From NCBI GenBank assembly GCA_963716985.1, contig OY970323.1, forward strand, positions 928,001-992,000: DNA of 64,000 nucleotides, in the 5' to 3' direction. Shown in pieces: positions 1-10,283 of this stretch. Below the pieces are notes generated by a model. That model was not told where the DNA came from and ran no database searches. It saw only the letters and a program-made list of their open reading frames with translations. Positions within the stretch are counted from its first letter, which is position 1. The number at the start of each line of letters is the position of its first letter. A program made the translations under genes and the position numbers. This stretch comes from an uncultured bacterium. GTDB lineage: Bacteria > Chlamydiota > Chlamydiia > Chlamydiales > SM23-39.

Positions 1-719
1 ATTTCTATTTGAGGCGTTGCGGTAAGCTCTATGCCGAGAATAGGTTTTAGCTCATCAATAGCTTTAGTTGCAGCAGGAGCTCTGTATCTATGAGCTTCGT
101 CCATTATAACAACCAGGTCCTCGAGCTGTGCTAAATATTCGAAATAGCTCATGCAGTTAACAATTGTTTCGCGAGGATTTTTCATTCTTCGGTTATCAGA
201 ATGGATCATTGCGATATTGAAAATGTTGATGTGGACTTCATCACCCTTTAAAAAATCAGTTTGTTTAGCATAGCGGTTGCGTATACCTATCCCTTGCTCA
301 AAGTTAGCTTCGGTAATGATTTGGGGAGGTTTTGTAGCGAATTCAGCAATCCCCTGAAAAACGTACTTGGAGTTACTGGGGTTTGAAAACTCTCTGATGA
401 GCTTTTCTGCAATCGTGTTATTTGGGGCTATAATGAAAAAGTTACGGAGACCTTTTACTGTGGAGAGGTAAGCGATCATTGCTCCCATCAGGCGTGTTTT
501 CCCAACCCCTGTGGCTAAAGCAAAGCAGATGTTGGGGAAATTTCTTTCGAAGTCAGCGACATTGCTGAATTTTTCTTTGAGTAAACTTAAGGCCTTAGGA
601 ATATCACTTTGTTTTTTCATTGGAAGACGATCTGCCAACCAAGCAAGAGCTTTCATTGAAAGTACTTGTGGTTGTCGCAAGCTCATTCTATCGCAAATCT
701 GTCGTAAGTATTGGATCAT
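1..719 (-). CDS. Type III restriction (Res)-like DEAD/DEAH helicase-endonuclease, N-terminal part (runs off window edge)
   Basis: Manual translation from ATG at 719, which overlaps the MTase stop (ATGA): MIQYLRQICDRMSLRQPQ...FALATGVGKTRLM (Walker A)...MDEAH (Walker B)...LTATP. Absent from the ORF track because it is truncated. Confidence 0.85.
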   Translation of the reverse strand, partial: MIQYLRQICDRMSLRQPQVLSMKALAWLADRLPMKKQSDIPKALSLLKEKFSNVADFERNFPNICFALATGVGKTRLMGAMIAYLSTVKGLRNFFIIAPNNTIAEKLIREFSNPSNSKYVFQGIAEFATKPPQIITEANFEQGIGIRNRYAKQTDFLKGDEVHINIFNIAMIHSDNRRMKNPRETIVNCMSYFEYLAQLEDLVVIMDEAHRYRAPAATKAIDELKPILGIELTATPQIE

Positions 720-2451
720 CTTGATATTCCTTGTGCTGCCATCGGGACGGTTACTCTTTCACCTGAAGAGGATCCTGATATTTTTTTTCTACGCTTGTTG
801 GCAGTCTTAGCTTCTGATTCTAGGGCAATTTTAAGACTATAATCATCTCGCCCCCATTCACATCGATTAAGGATGGCTTTTGGGATTTTTTTAATCGTTA
901 AATTGGGAAATTCCTCTGCATTGGAATTGAATGCTCCACAGTAAATAAGAAGTGTTCGATTAGGGCCAACTTCATCGCTTAGTCGTGCGAGTTGAGCTTT
1001 GCTGAGGATTGACGAAGTTACGTGGATAAAATCCCGTTCAGTTGAATAACCATGCATCCACCAAGGATCACGCTTTTGGCTGAAAGTAAATCCCGAATGT
1101 AGGCACATAGCCTCAGCGAGCATGACAGGATTATACTTTTTACTAATGCACCATCTTCCTAGTGCTCTGTCATAGTTAAAATTTAGGATTATAAGTTTGG
1201 CAACGGTCGGCATAAACTCAAGTCAATTTATCCTAAAATTAAAGGGTGACAGAGCACTAGTCGATTCTTTTCAAGTAAAGAGGGGGCAAGTTCGCAGTAA
1301 CGAAAGCCTCCACCTCCATCCCAATTTGCGGATTGAGTAATACCGCCTTTATCTGTGCCATCTATGACGCGTTCAAGCCGAGGAATAATATGAGTGTGAC
1401 AATGCTTGCCGAGCTCAATCATAATCCAGCGGCGACCCATTTTGTGAGCTACGGCACCAGTAGTTCCAGAACCGGCAAAGCAGTCTAGAACGAGATCGTC
1501 TGCATTTGTCGAAATTTGCAGGATTCGTGCAATTAATCTTTCTGGTTTTGGTGTTATAAAACAATCTTCTGAATTGATTTTTTTTACTTCATTTTTAGCT
1601 TCTGAGTTATCTCCGACTTCTAGCCGTTTCCATAGGGTTGTTGGGACCAGGCCATCTTGGACATCTTTTAGAAATCTTTTCATCATTGGAAGGGAATCAT
1701 TCTTTCCCCATATTATTCTGTTTTCTTTAATCATTTTTTTAATATTGTCTTCACTATATCTCCAATATCTACCTCGTGGCCTCTGGAGCACAATTCCATT
1801 AGGTTTTTTTATTACATAATCAGCAGAATAATAATTTCTTGCATGGATCGGATCTTTTTTCCAAGGACCTCTAGGGTCTTTGTCTGGATTTGAATATTTA
1901 CTTGTCGATTCGCCTCGCGGCATTAAATTCCTTTCCCAATTTTCTATTGATTTTGCATAGCAAAGAATAAAGTCATGGGAACTGGATAGATATTTAGAAG
2001 AATTTTTTCTTGTATGAACTTTTTCCCAAATTATTGAAGAAACAAAGTTTTTTCTGCCGAAAATCTCATCACACATCACCTTAAGATAATGGCATTCGCC
2101 ATCATCGATACTGATCCAAATCGACCCGTCTTCGCGCAATAGTTTTTGCATAATCATTAAGCGCTCTTTCATCATATTGAGCCAAAGAGAGTGCTCGAAA
2201 TTATCATCGTAATGTTTGAATAGGCTTTTAGTGTTGTAAGGAGGATCGATGTAAATGCACTTGGTCTTGCTGGCATAATCACGTTCGAGAGCTTTCAGAC
2301 CCAGTAAATTGTCACCGTAAATCAAAAGATTGTTGTTGATGCCCTTTTTCGAGGATTTATAGATCTCTTTTTCAAGTAAAATACGAGGCTCAGGGGATTC
2401 CCATTTTTCTTTATCAGGCCACATCAATTCTAACTTATGCTTAGGGGACAC
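716..2451 (-). pseudogene. Type III Mod-like N6-adenine DNA methyltransferase, frameshifted by a MITE
   Basis: DPPY and FAGSGTTG motifs in ORF 1228-2451. The C-terminus continues in ORF 716-1213. Removing 1159-1256 gives in-frame ...LLEKNR-L-GRWCISKKYNP (545 aa). Confidence 0.88.
1163..1256. mobile_element. 94-bp MITE with CTAG target-site duplication
   Basis: CTAG at 1159-1162 and 1257-1260. Terminal IRs TGCTCTGTCA/TGACAGAGCA extend imperfectly to 27 bp (22/27). No coding capacity. Confidence 0.85.
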
Positions 2452-4070
2452 TAGACTTTCTCCATGGTTTATTTAAGAGCCCAGTTAATCGTAAAAATAG
2501 TTTCTGATGTCACGGATGGCTGAAGTCGCTTTTCTAGGCGCGAGATAAGGTCATCCCTTTGAAGTTCGATACGATCTTGCTCGGAAAATAGGGTGCGACG
2601 TTTAGCGGTGCGTTGGGATTCTAGGTTTTTGATCTTTTTTTGATTTTCGAGTTTTTCAGCGAAGGTCTTAGATAGAGCTGCAGCTTTTCTAGCGGCTCTA
2701 ATTTCTTTTTCAAGGTCTTTTAATTGATGTTCAAGACCTAATTTTAGGTCTTCGGACCAGGCATCGAGCTTTTCTACCTCTTGATCATAGAGACCTGAAG
2801 CTCTGGCTTCTGTTTGTTTAAGATATCTTTGTTGATGCTGGTCCCTTATTAAGGCGAGTTGTTGGAGTACATTGGTTGGGTCGCTAAAATTGATGACTTT
2901 TGCCTGGAGCTGAAAGAGTTTTTCGCATATTTCTGGATCTAAGATTTCGCCTGAGTCTGTAAAGGCACTTAATAGAAGAAATTCCTCTGAATCAAAGGTC
3001 TCGACGCGGAGTCGGCTCAATTCAAGCCATCCTGACTGGCCAATAAATGGCTCTAAAAGGGAGATCTTGTTTGGATAAGAACTATAATCGAACTCGATAT
3101 GTTGCGTAGTCAGGGGACGGGAAAGAGCTTGATTGATGAGTTTCTGTGCAAAAGGATCATCTTCGCGAAAGAAAGATCCTCCCCTTTCTTCAGCCTGTTT
3201 CCAATTAAGAAAATAATGAGTTCCTTCAATAGAGAAAGAAGGAGCAGTTGGAATTGGAAGCCCTAGCTCATGATAGGTAAGACTTACAAGCCAACGCTCT
3301 CGTTCATTTAATGAGGATTCTGTTTCGCTTTTACGAATTTTTAGACGAGAGGAGACTACCTCGTCAAAATTGTCGAATATACTTTCACGGGTTTGTTTAA
3401 GCTTGGTTTGGATTTGTTCGTCCAGTTCATGCTGAAGGGTGGCAAAAGCTGTCTTAATTTCTTCACTCGTTCGACAAGTTTGATATACTTGGCTGATTCT
3501 CTTTTCAATATCGACTCCCGATTCGATAACACCCAAAACATCATCGCTTGCACCAAAGACCCCATCAAATAGATGGAACTTTTCATCAAGAAGCTCAAAA
3601 ACTCGCTGATCAGCTTCATTTCGTGTGTTAAGGAAATTCACGACAACAACGTCGTGCTTTTGCCCATATCTGTGACAGCGTCCGATACGCTGCTCTATTC
3701 TTTGTGGGTTCCAAGGGAGGTCATAATTGACAACAAGAGAACAAAATTGAAGGTTGATTCCCTCAGCAGCAGCTTCTGTAGCTAAGAGTATTGTTGCTTT
3801 GCTTCGAAAGTGATGAACCAGTGCTGCTTTAATGTCGATGGCTTTTGAGCCCGAAGATTTAGACCCTTCAGGTTGATTTTCTAGCCAGTCCTCATAGATA
3901 GCTTTAGAAGATGGATCGCTATTAGAGCCGTTGATTAAAACAAGTTGGTCTTTATAACCTCTCGTAGAAAGTAAATCATAAAGATAGGCTTGAGTCCTTT
4001 TAGATTCGGTGAAGATGACAGCTTTGCGAGAGGCTCCCAATTGTTGCGCTTTGTCAAAGGCTTCATCTAG

Positions 4071-6047
4071 CCCGACTTTCCTAGTTACGAAATACAAAAA
4101 TGAAAACATTCCCCCACAACTATGTTTGGGTCAATTTTTTTTGCGATACGCTGTCACCCTAAAACAGTTGAGCCTTATCTTGCAGCCTGAGGATGTTTAC
4201 CAGCTTTTGCTGGATTCCTGACATCCTTGTAAGCGTTGTCTCTGTTTTATCTTTGGTTCCTTTGTGTTTGGCTAATTCGTAAGTATTTACAACCTCATTG
4301 ATTCTTCCCAGCTCAGTCTCCAGCCGTTTGTATGATATATTGATTCCGGCTGCTGCAACTCTTCGCTGTAGCGTTTGCCGAAGAAGTAGCGCAATGGAAC
4401 AGTATAAGGCGTGCACCTTAATATGAGCGTCTATCCAGTGATAAAGCGGCCACCAGGTCCCGGTAGCGCGATCCTTGGTTTTCTTGAATATGCCTTCCAC
4501 CAAGTATTGGCTGCGATAAGCTTTGATAATCCTATCTGTATCCCATTCGTGCCTTGTCGTTACGATAATAGTCTTACCAAGATAAGTATCCTCCAGCTTT
4601 GCGAGGGCCTCTCTATCAATATGATATTGCAAAAATGGCACTCCTGTCGTGTCATCTAACGTTACCTCAGTTACTATTACACGGGAAAGAAACTGTCTGT
4701 GCAGTTTGTCCTTGCACTGATTCTCGATACTGGTCTTGGTGGGCTTTTTTCCCTTCGTCACGAGGCCATTCCGCCGATCATTCAATTTCTTTTGCAACTC
4801 TTGCAGCCCATCTATAGCGTGCGTGATATCGTTTTGTAATGTTTTGCGCTGAGTATCAAATAATTCCGGATTGTAGGTGGTTATTGTGGTGAGAAGTATG
4901 CCGCTCACGCGCTTCTTCTTTCGTAGGGCTTTGTTTCCAAGAAGATCTTTGTCCTGACAGGGTCGCAATACTCCGCTACTGTTAGAGATAGCGGCTAACT
5001 CTGTGTGCTCGCCAAGCTTGACCGAACCTACAAAATGAAGCTTCGCCAATTTCAAGAGTTTAAAGTTGTCTTTCGAATTATTTCCCTTGTCAAAGATTAT
5101 CGTTACTTCCGGCTTGCGTGACACTCCAAAGGTGATTTTCAGGAACTTGTCGAATCTACCAATAACATCCAGAAACTCCTTAGCGTCGTTCCGGTTACCC
5201 TCATATACATCATAGTAAAGAGGTATTTGACCGTCGGCGGCGCAAAAGAGTGAATAGCTGACCTGGCGTAGATTGTCCTGGCCCTGCTTATTCTTGCCTC
5301 GCTTGGCAATAGAGCATCGTTCATTGAATGTGTCGATAAAAGTATAGTAGTTGGTGCCGTCATAAGAAATTGATGCCGGATCGATGTTTTCTCTGGTAAT
5401 GACACCCTTAAGAATGGTCGTCCAGATCTGTAGGCATTCTTCGTGACCAAACCGTCGCATATGATCCCAGAATCTCTGAGAACAGAGGCTATCGGCAGAA
5501 GCTTGGGGAACATATCGCACAAGTGCAGTTTCACGGAACCACTGCCACATTGAATTTTTGCTGCTGGCCTGAATCGCTCTATTGAGTGCTGCAATGAGTA
5601 TATACTGTCCAATCGTCAGTCCTTGTGATCGTTTCATGCAAATATTATCGATAATCGCAATGACCTCGGCCCGTCGAGCTTCAAGCCACAGAGCGGTTAT
5701 AATGCCCCACTGGAATACCTGTGCAAACAATGGCTTGCGTCCCGAGCCCTCCACCGCTCTTAGAATATCCTCTGCCTTCCCTAAATACTTTTGCCACACC
5801 CGACGTGGCTTCCCATCAACTCTACGCCATTCGCAGGCGTAATAGTACTTATGACCATTTATTACCTTAGCTTCCACCTGAGCCATACGACTCCTATTCT
5901 TATAGGATTTCTATTTTAGGGGGACACCATACTGGAAAGTCAAGGTAAAAAATTTAGGGTGACAATATTAGTCGCAAAAAAATGCCCTCAGATAATCCTG
6001 TAAGGGCAAATTAGGATGAATGAGTTTGTCTAACTAGGAAAGTCGGG
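4071..6047 (-). mobile_element. IS1634-family insertion sequence (1977 bp)
   Basis: Perfect 17-bp terminal IRs CCCGACTTTCCTAGTTA (4071-4087 / 6031-6047). CTAG duplication at 4067-4070 and 6048-6051. Confidence 0.9.
4159..5886 (-). CDS. IS1634-family DDE transposase
   Basis: 575 aa. N-terminal YYY..E..RVDGKPR..QKYLG; YDGTN, IFDKG and YRSQYLVEGIFK (D,D,E). Flanked by IRs. Confidence 0.88.
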   Translation of the reverse strand: MAQVEAKVINGHKYYYACEWRRVDGKPRRVWQKYLGKAEDILRAVEGSGRKPLFAQVFQWGIITALWLEARRAEVIAIIDNICMKRSQGLTIGQYILIAALNRAIQASSKNSMWQWFRETALVRYVPQASADSLCSQRFWDHMRRFGHEECLQIWTTILKGVITRENIDPASISYDGTNYYTFIDTFNERCSIAKRGKNKQGQDNLRQVSYSLFCAADGQIPLYYDVYEGNRNDAKEFLDVIGRFDKFLKITFGVSRKPEVTIIFDKGNNSKDNFKLLKLAKLHFVGSVKLGEHTELAAISNSSGVLRPCQDKDLLGNKALRKKKRVSGILLTTITTYNPELFDTQRKTLQNDITHAIDGLQELQKKLNDRRNGLVTKGKKPTKTSIENQCKDKLHRQFLSRVIVTEVTLDDTTGVPFLQYHIDREALAKLEDTYLGKTIIVTTRHEWDTDRIIKAYRSQYLVEGIFKKTKDRATGTWWPLYHWIDAHIKVHALYCSIALLLRQTLQRRVAAAGINISYKRLETELGRINEVVNTYELAKHKGTKDKTETTLTRMSGIQQKLVNILRLQDKAQLF

Positions 6048-7422
6048 CTAGAGCAGACACAAGAGCTTCTCCTTTGGAATTAATGCGAATTTTTTCGACC
6101 AGTTCTAAGTAGCTCCGAAGTTCAAGAATCTCTTCACGAATTTTATCATGGTGGACTTTGGTTTCCTCATCTTGTGGAGGCAGAAGATTTTCTTTCCATT
6201 CTTGGCTGATCGTTTCTAGTAACTCTATTTCTTGAGTGTCCAACAGCGCTTGAGCGCCTGCTTGTTTTTCTAGCCTTCCAACTAAGACGCGTAAAGTATG
6301 TGCGATAGCGTAAGAAGAGGAGGCTAAAAGCTTGCGTAAGATGAGAGTGATGAGTTCTCTTTGGCTGTTTGGAAGGGCATATAATGAATCTTTTTGTAAA
6401 TAAGCTGAGAGTCCTTCATAGAGTCTTTGTTCATCATCACTAGGATCAAATTTCTGAGTAATCGCAACTCTATTAGTGAAAGGGATGTATTCTTTCACTT
6501 GTTTACGTAAAGTACGAGTAACAACAGGAGCAATGCGCTCTTTTAGTTGTCTATTGCGCGATTCCTCATCCTTGGATTGAACGAATTGTTGTTTAAAAGA
6601 GTTTTCATCTCCAAAAATGTAAGGATCGATAACGCTTACGAGGCCGAAAAGTTCCATGAGGTTATTTTGTAGAGGTGTTGCTGTCAGTAAAAGCTTCGGA
6701 CGGTCTTTCAGAGCAGTAGCGATGGCTCTTGCTTGCTTGTTTCCGCTTTTGTAGACATTGCGAAGACGGTGCGCTTCATCGATAACGGCAAGATCCCATG
6801 AAATCTCTGAGATTAAATTTTCTTTTTCTACTGCAAACTGATACGAACAGATCAAGACTTTCTCGTCGGAAAGGAAGGGATTACCATTTCCTTCAGTTCG
6901 AGCATTTTGAAAGGTTTTGGAATCAAGAACCGCAGCGGGTAGAAAAAATTTATCTGCTAGCTCTTGCTCCCACTGTTTTCGAAGGAATGCTGGTACGATC
7001 AAGAGAATTCGTCTCTTTTTTTCTGCCCATTTTTGAGCAATGACAATACCAGCCTCGATTGTCTTCCCAAGGCCCACTTCATCAGCAAAAATGACTCCTT
7101 TAGATAGGGGGGATTGTAAAGCAAACAATGCTGCGTGGACTTGATGTGGATTGAGATCTACACGAGCATTAGCAATTGAGCGCGAAAGATTATGCACGCT
7201 GCTGGATGCATTTTTTAACGTGAGGGCATATGCCCAATATTTGCTGTGAAAGTCTGTCATGCTTTTTATATCCTGATCCCGAAAATAATATATAATTAGC
7301 ACATTTAAGTTAATTTAAATTAATTGCTTAAAATGAGTTAAATAATTATTGCGATGTAAAATTCTTGTTTAATAAGATTATTATACTGATTAGTGTGTAA
7401 GGCACATGAAAGAAGAGAGAAA

Positions 7423-7473
7423 GGTGTGTGATAAGAGCTATTCATTTTAAAGAACTTACAGAAATCACACACC
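7423..7473. repeat. 10-bp inverted repeat in AT-rich intergenic DNA, candidate replication origin
   Basis: GGTGTGTGAT (7423-7432) / ATCACACACC (7464-7473), just downstream of the DUF927 gene. Confidence 0.45.
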
Positions 7474-7492
7474 ATGTACACAAGAGTTCACA

Positions 7493-9844
7493 TCATTGAG
7501 GCTTTTCCTCAGAAGGAGATGGCCCCTCTTCGTTAGTGGGTGTCAAGGTAATGAGGTAGAAGCGCTGAGATTTGGTTTCAGAAGGAGGCTTCGCTGATCG
7601 TGTATACTTTCCTTCCGAATCTTTCTTGAGGAGACCATGTCTGAAAAGAACTTCTTTGACAAATTTCTCATCATGGCCCTTACAAATATCCCTTTTGAAA
7701 GTCTCTGGGAAGATATAGAACTCCGTTCCCTCGCTACTGGGTTTTCTGAAGCCAGCACGATTGTGAGTGCGTGAGATAGGAGTATCTCTATCAACTGGAT
7801 TGGCATGCCAATCTGTAAAACGTGATTCGGCATGTTGCTCAAGAAAATAACGCAAATCAGCTAAAAGTTGAGTTTCTTCTTGAGGTTTCATCCCCCCGAA
7901 AGCTTCAAGCCAGTCTCGGAAACACTTCATTGCAGCCCATTTTGCCATTCCTCCATCCCAACCAATGGAGGCAATGGCATCAGCTCCTATTACTCTTGTA
8001 ATATTATAATGTGTGGCAAGCTCTCCTGCTGCTGCGACAAGAGCAAAGCGGGTGGCTACACGGTAAATTTGACCATGGTCTCCATAAGGAATAGCCTCCG
8101 AGAGGAATTCATTCATCTTTTTTTTGAGGAATCCTTTTGCTTCTGAGATATTTTCTGTAAGTCTTTTCAAAAATGCATGACTGGCAACTCCATAGTATTT
8201 TTGAGCATCTTTGGTGAGTGTCTCTGCAAACACAGATCCATTTGGGAATCCGTGCAGTTCTTCAAATATTCCATATTTACCTGTGTCAGAGGGAATCTCA
8301 GCAAGTCTAATTTCTTGGCCTGCTTTTGCTTTTTTTCCAGCTTGCTCCATATGAGCAGATAAGCTGATTTCTCCGCTTGAGAGGAAAAGAATTTTCCAAG
8401 ACAAGGACTCTCTTAAACCTCCCTCCGACCGTGATCTTTCTTTTCCTGAACCGTTGGCCAACATATATGAAGAAGCTCCCAAATCATGGCCGCTCATTTC
8501 TCCGATCTCATCTAAGCAAAGAAGAGTGTCATTATGCTGGAAAGCTATTGCTTCTAAACCATTCACTGTAGCCTTCCATTTTCTCATGAAATTTTTATCA
8601 CCAAAAATAGAAGCAGCTGCGCGAAGGGCTGTTGTTTTACCGGAGCTGCTCTGTGAACGAAAGTGAAATCCACCACTTTCCGTTTCCATCAAGCCAAGAC
8701 ATGGGCCGGCAAACCCAGCACTAATTGCAAAAATCAACCTTGAGTTGCCGACAGCACGATCGGCAATAAGTTGTTGCCAATCTTGTAGGGTCCCTGCAGT
8801 AGCATAAGATCGAAAATTGAAATGTTTACTCTGAATGACAACGCTTTCTTTTTCCATTTTTCCGAAGTTTTTATCAGGAAGAATAAAAGCTTCTTTATAC
8901 CAACCTGTCTTCGATACACAGCGAATAGTTTTTGGTGGATCAGATCGTTGGATATAGTCGGCAAGGAGTTGTCTAGCCCTTACTGCTGTGGAAATCTCAA
9001 GACCTGCATTCAAAAGAGACTTTCTAAATTCTGAACAATCTCCTGCAAGCATTTCCATTGGCATTGCCCAAATATGATGGACATTATCTGCATCATCAAA
9101 TTCCAATAGTTTCCCATGGCTGAGACCATTTTCATCACGAGTGCGAGCTGTGACATGCAGTGAAGAGGAGATCCAGATTTTATTTTCCTCGTCTTCAAGG
9201 AACCATAGTCCATTTTCATCGAGTCGATAAGAATGAGTGCCTTGTCGCATCTTAGGAGAACTATTCTGGAGGGATTCAAGGTCTTTTTGCTTCTCTAGAA
9301 TCGCAAGCCTTCTTTCATGGAATTCTGCTTCTTTTTGAACTTGGTAGGATGTCTTTCCTTCTCTGGAAGGCTTCTCATCAAAGTCAAGTTCTGAGAGTGA
9401 AGGATTGTAAGCATTGATATCTACCATCAACTGCATCGATTCTTTATGTATCTGCTCATGCAATATAGAAAATCGAAGATCTCTTTGATCTTCTGCTTTT
9501 CCTTCAAAAGAAAAGTGATGAGGGTCGATGTACCCTGTAGAAAAGCTTATCTTTTCTTTCCATGGAGCAAGCAGCCCTTCCACGGCAATCTTTTTGTCCA
9601 ACAGAATGGCATAGGCTTGATAAGCATCATTCCAAACAGCTCCCATTTTTTTCATTTTCTCCTTAATGGATTTGGGTAGCTTAATTTTTGACCTGATTAT
9701 CAGAGCATTAACTTCAACTGGAACATTTTCCTTCCCTGTTCCATGGGTTGCTGCTATATTCATATTTAAGTTGATATCTTGGGAGCGTTGGTCACTCTTG
9801 GTAGGGGTTACAACGCTTCCATTGTTTTCTTTAGATGTTTCCAT
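7493..9844 (-). CDS. DUF927-domain replication helicase of integrative element (DUF5710-like N-terminus)
   Basis: L.V.ARTRD...HGKLLEF.D, TGW...FILP, GTLQDWQ, GGFHF..SSSGKTT, LDEIGE, YMLANG.GK.R, LSSGE, AGQEIRL; N-terminal KMGAVWN. Confidence 0.85.
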   Translation of the reverse strand: METSKENNGSVVTPTKSDQRSQDINLNMNIAATHGTGKENVPVEVNALIIRSKIKLPKSIKEKMKKMGAVWNDAYQAYAILLDKKIAVEGLLAPWKEKISFSTGYIDPHHFSFEGKAEDQRDLRFSILHEQIHKESMQLMVDINAYNPSLSELDFDEKPSREGKTSYQVQKEAEFHERRLAILEKQKDLESLQNSSPKMRQGTHSYRLDENGLWFLEDEENKIWISSSLHVTARTRDENGLSHGKLLEFDDADNVHHIWAMPMEMLAGDCSEFRKSLLNAGLEISTAVRARQLLADYIQRSDPPKTIRCVSKTGWYKEAFILPDKNFGKMEKESVVIQSKHFNFRSYATAGTLQDWQQLIADRAVGNSRLIFAISAGFAGPCLGLMETESGGFHFRSQSSSGKTTALRAAASIFGDKNFMRKWKATVNGLEAIAFQHNDTLLCLDEIGEMSGHDLGASSYMLANGSGKERSRSEGGLRESLSWKILFLSSGEISLSAHMEQAGKKAKAGQEIRLAEIPSDTGKYGIFEELHGFPNGSVFAETLTKDAQKYYGVASHAFLKRLTENISEAKGFLKKKMNEFLSEAIPYGDHGQIYRVATRFALVAAAGELATHYNITRVIGADAIASIGWDGGMAKWAAMKCFRDWLEAFGGMKPQEETQLLADLRYFLEQHAESRFTDWHANPVDRDTPISRTHNRAGFRKPSSEGTEFYIFPETFKRDICKGHDEKFVKEVLFRHGLLKKDSEGKYTRSAKPPSETKSQRFYLITLTPTNEEGPSPSEEKPQ

Positions 9845-10031
9845 TTTGGTTACTCCTTTTTTCTGTCCATGTAAAAAATGCAGCTTCGTCGATCAGGATT
9901 CGTCTGCCGATCCTTTTGATCACTTGATCGAAGCCATTGAACTCAGCATTAAAAATGTAGAAGCGAAGACCTGCTTCTGTTGGCCAAATATGGAAATCAT
10001 TCCACTTTGGTACGGGTATTAGTCTTGTCAT
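9831..10031 (-). CDS. Small excisionase/wHTH-like DNA-binding protein
   Basis: 66 aa ending KRIGRRILIDEAAFFTW. Lies between the integrase module and the replicase. Homologous to 18611-18910. Confidence 0.65.
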   Translation of the reverse strand: MTRLIPVPKWNDFHIWPTEAGLRFYIFNAEFNGFDQVIKRIGRRILIDEAAFFTWTEKRSNQNGNI

Positions 10032-10283
10032 CAAGTACCTCCAGGGTATTTGGGGTGATCAAGCGCAATATTTCGATTTATTGAGTTTTTGAAAATCTCT
10101 GCAGAAAAAAAAGATAACTGCACAGTTTGGAGGGAATGTTCCCATCGAGAAAAAGTTGCGAAGAGGAAAGTGGAGCCAAGCGGATATAGCTGAAGCGGGA
10201 ATGTGTTCGAAGTGCTGCGAATGATTACGATCTAGATGAGGAGCGGCATAAATCTTTAGCGGGGAATAAAATTGATAGGAGAA

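Larger units (their letters stand above)
2469..7260 (-). pseudogene. SNF2-family helicase split by an IS1634-family element
   Basis: N-half 6034-7260 (DEVGLGKT, DEAH, TATP) and C-half 2469-4066 (VIFTE, AEGINLQ, YDLPWNPQRIEQRIGRCHRYGQ). Removing the IS and one CTAG restores ...VSAL-DEAF... in frame (936 aa). Confidence 0.9.

Noticed and set aside
2441..2463. CTAGACTTTC resembling the IS end
   Set aside because: A short match with no partner IR or duplication; it coincides with the MTase RBS and start.
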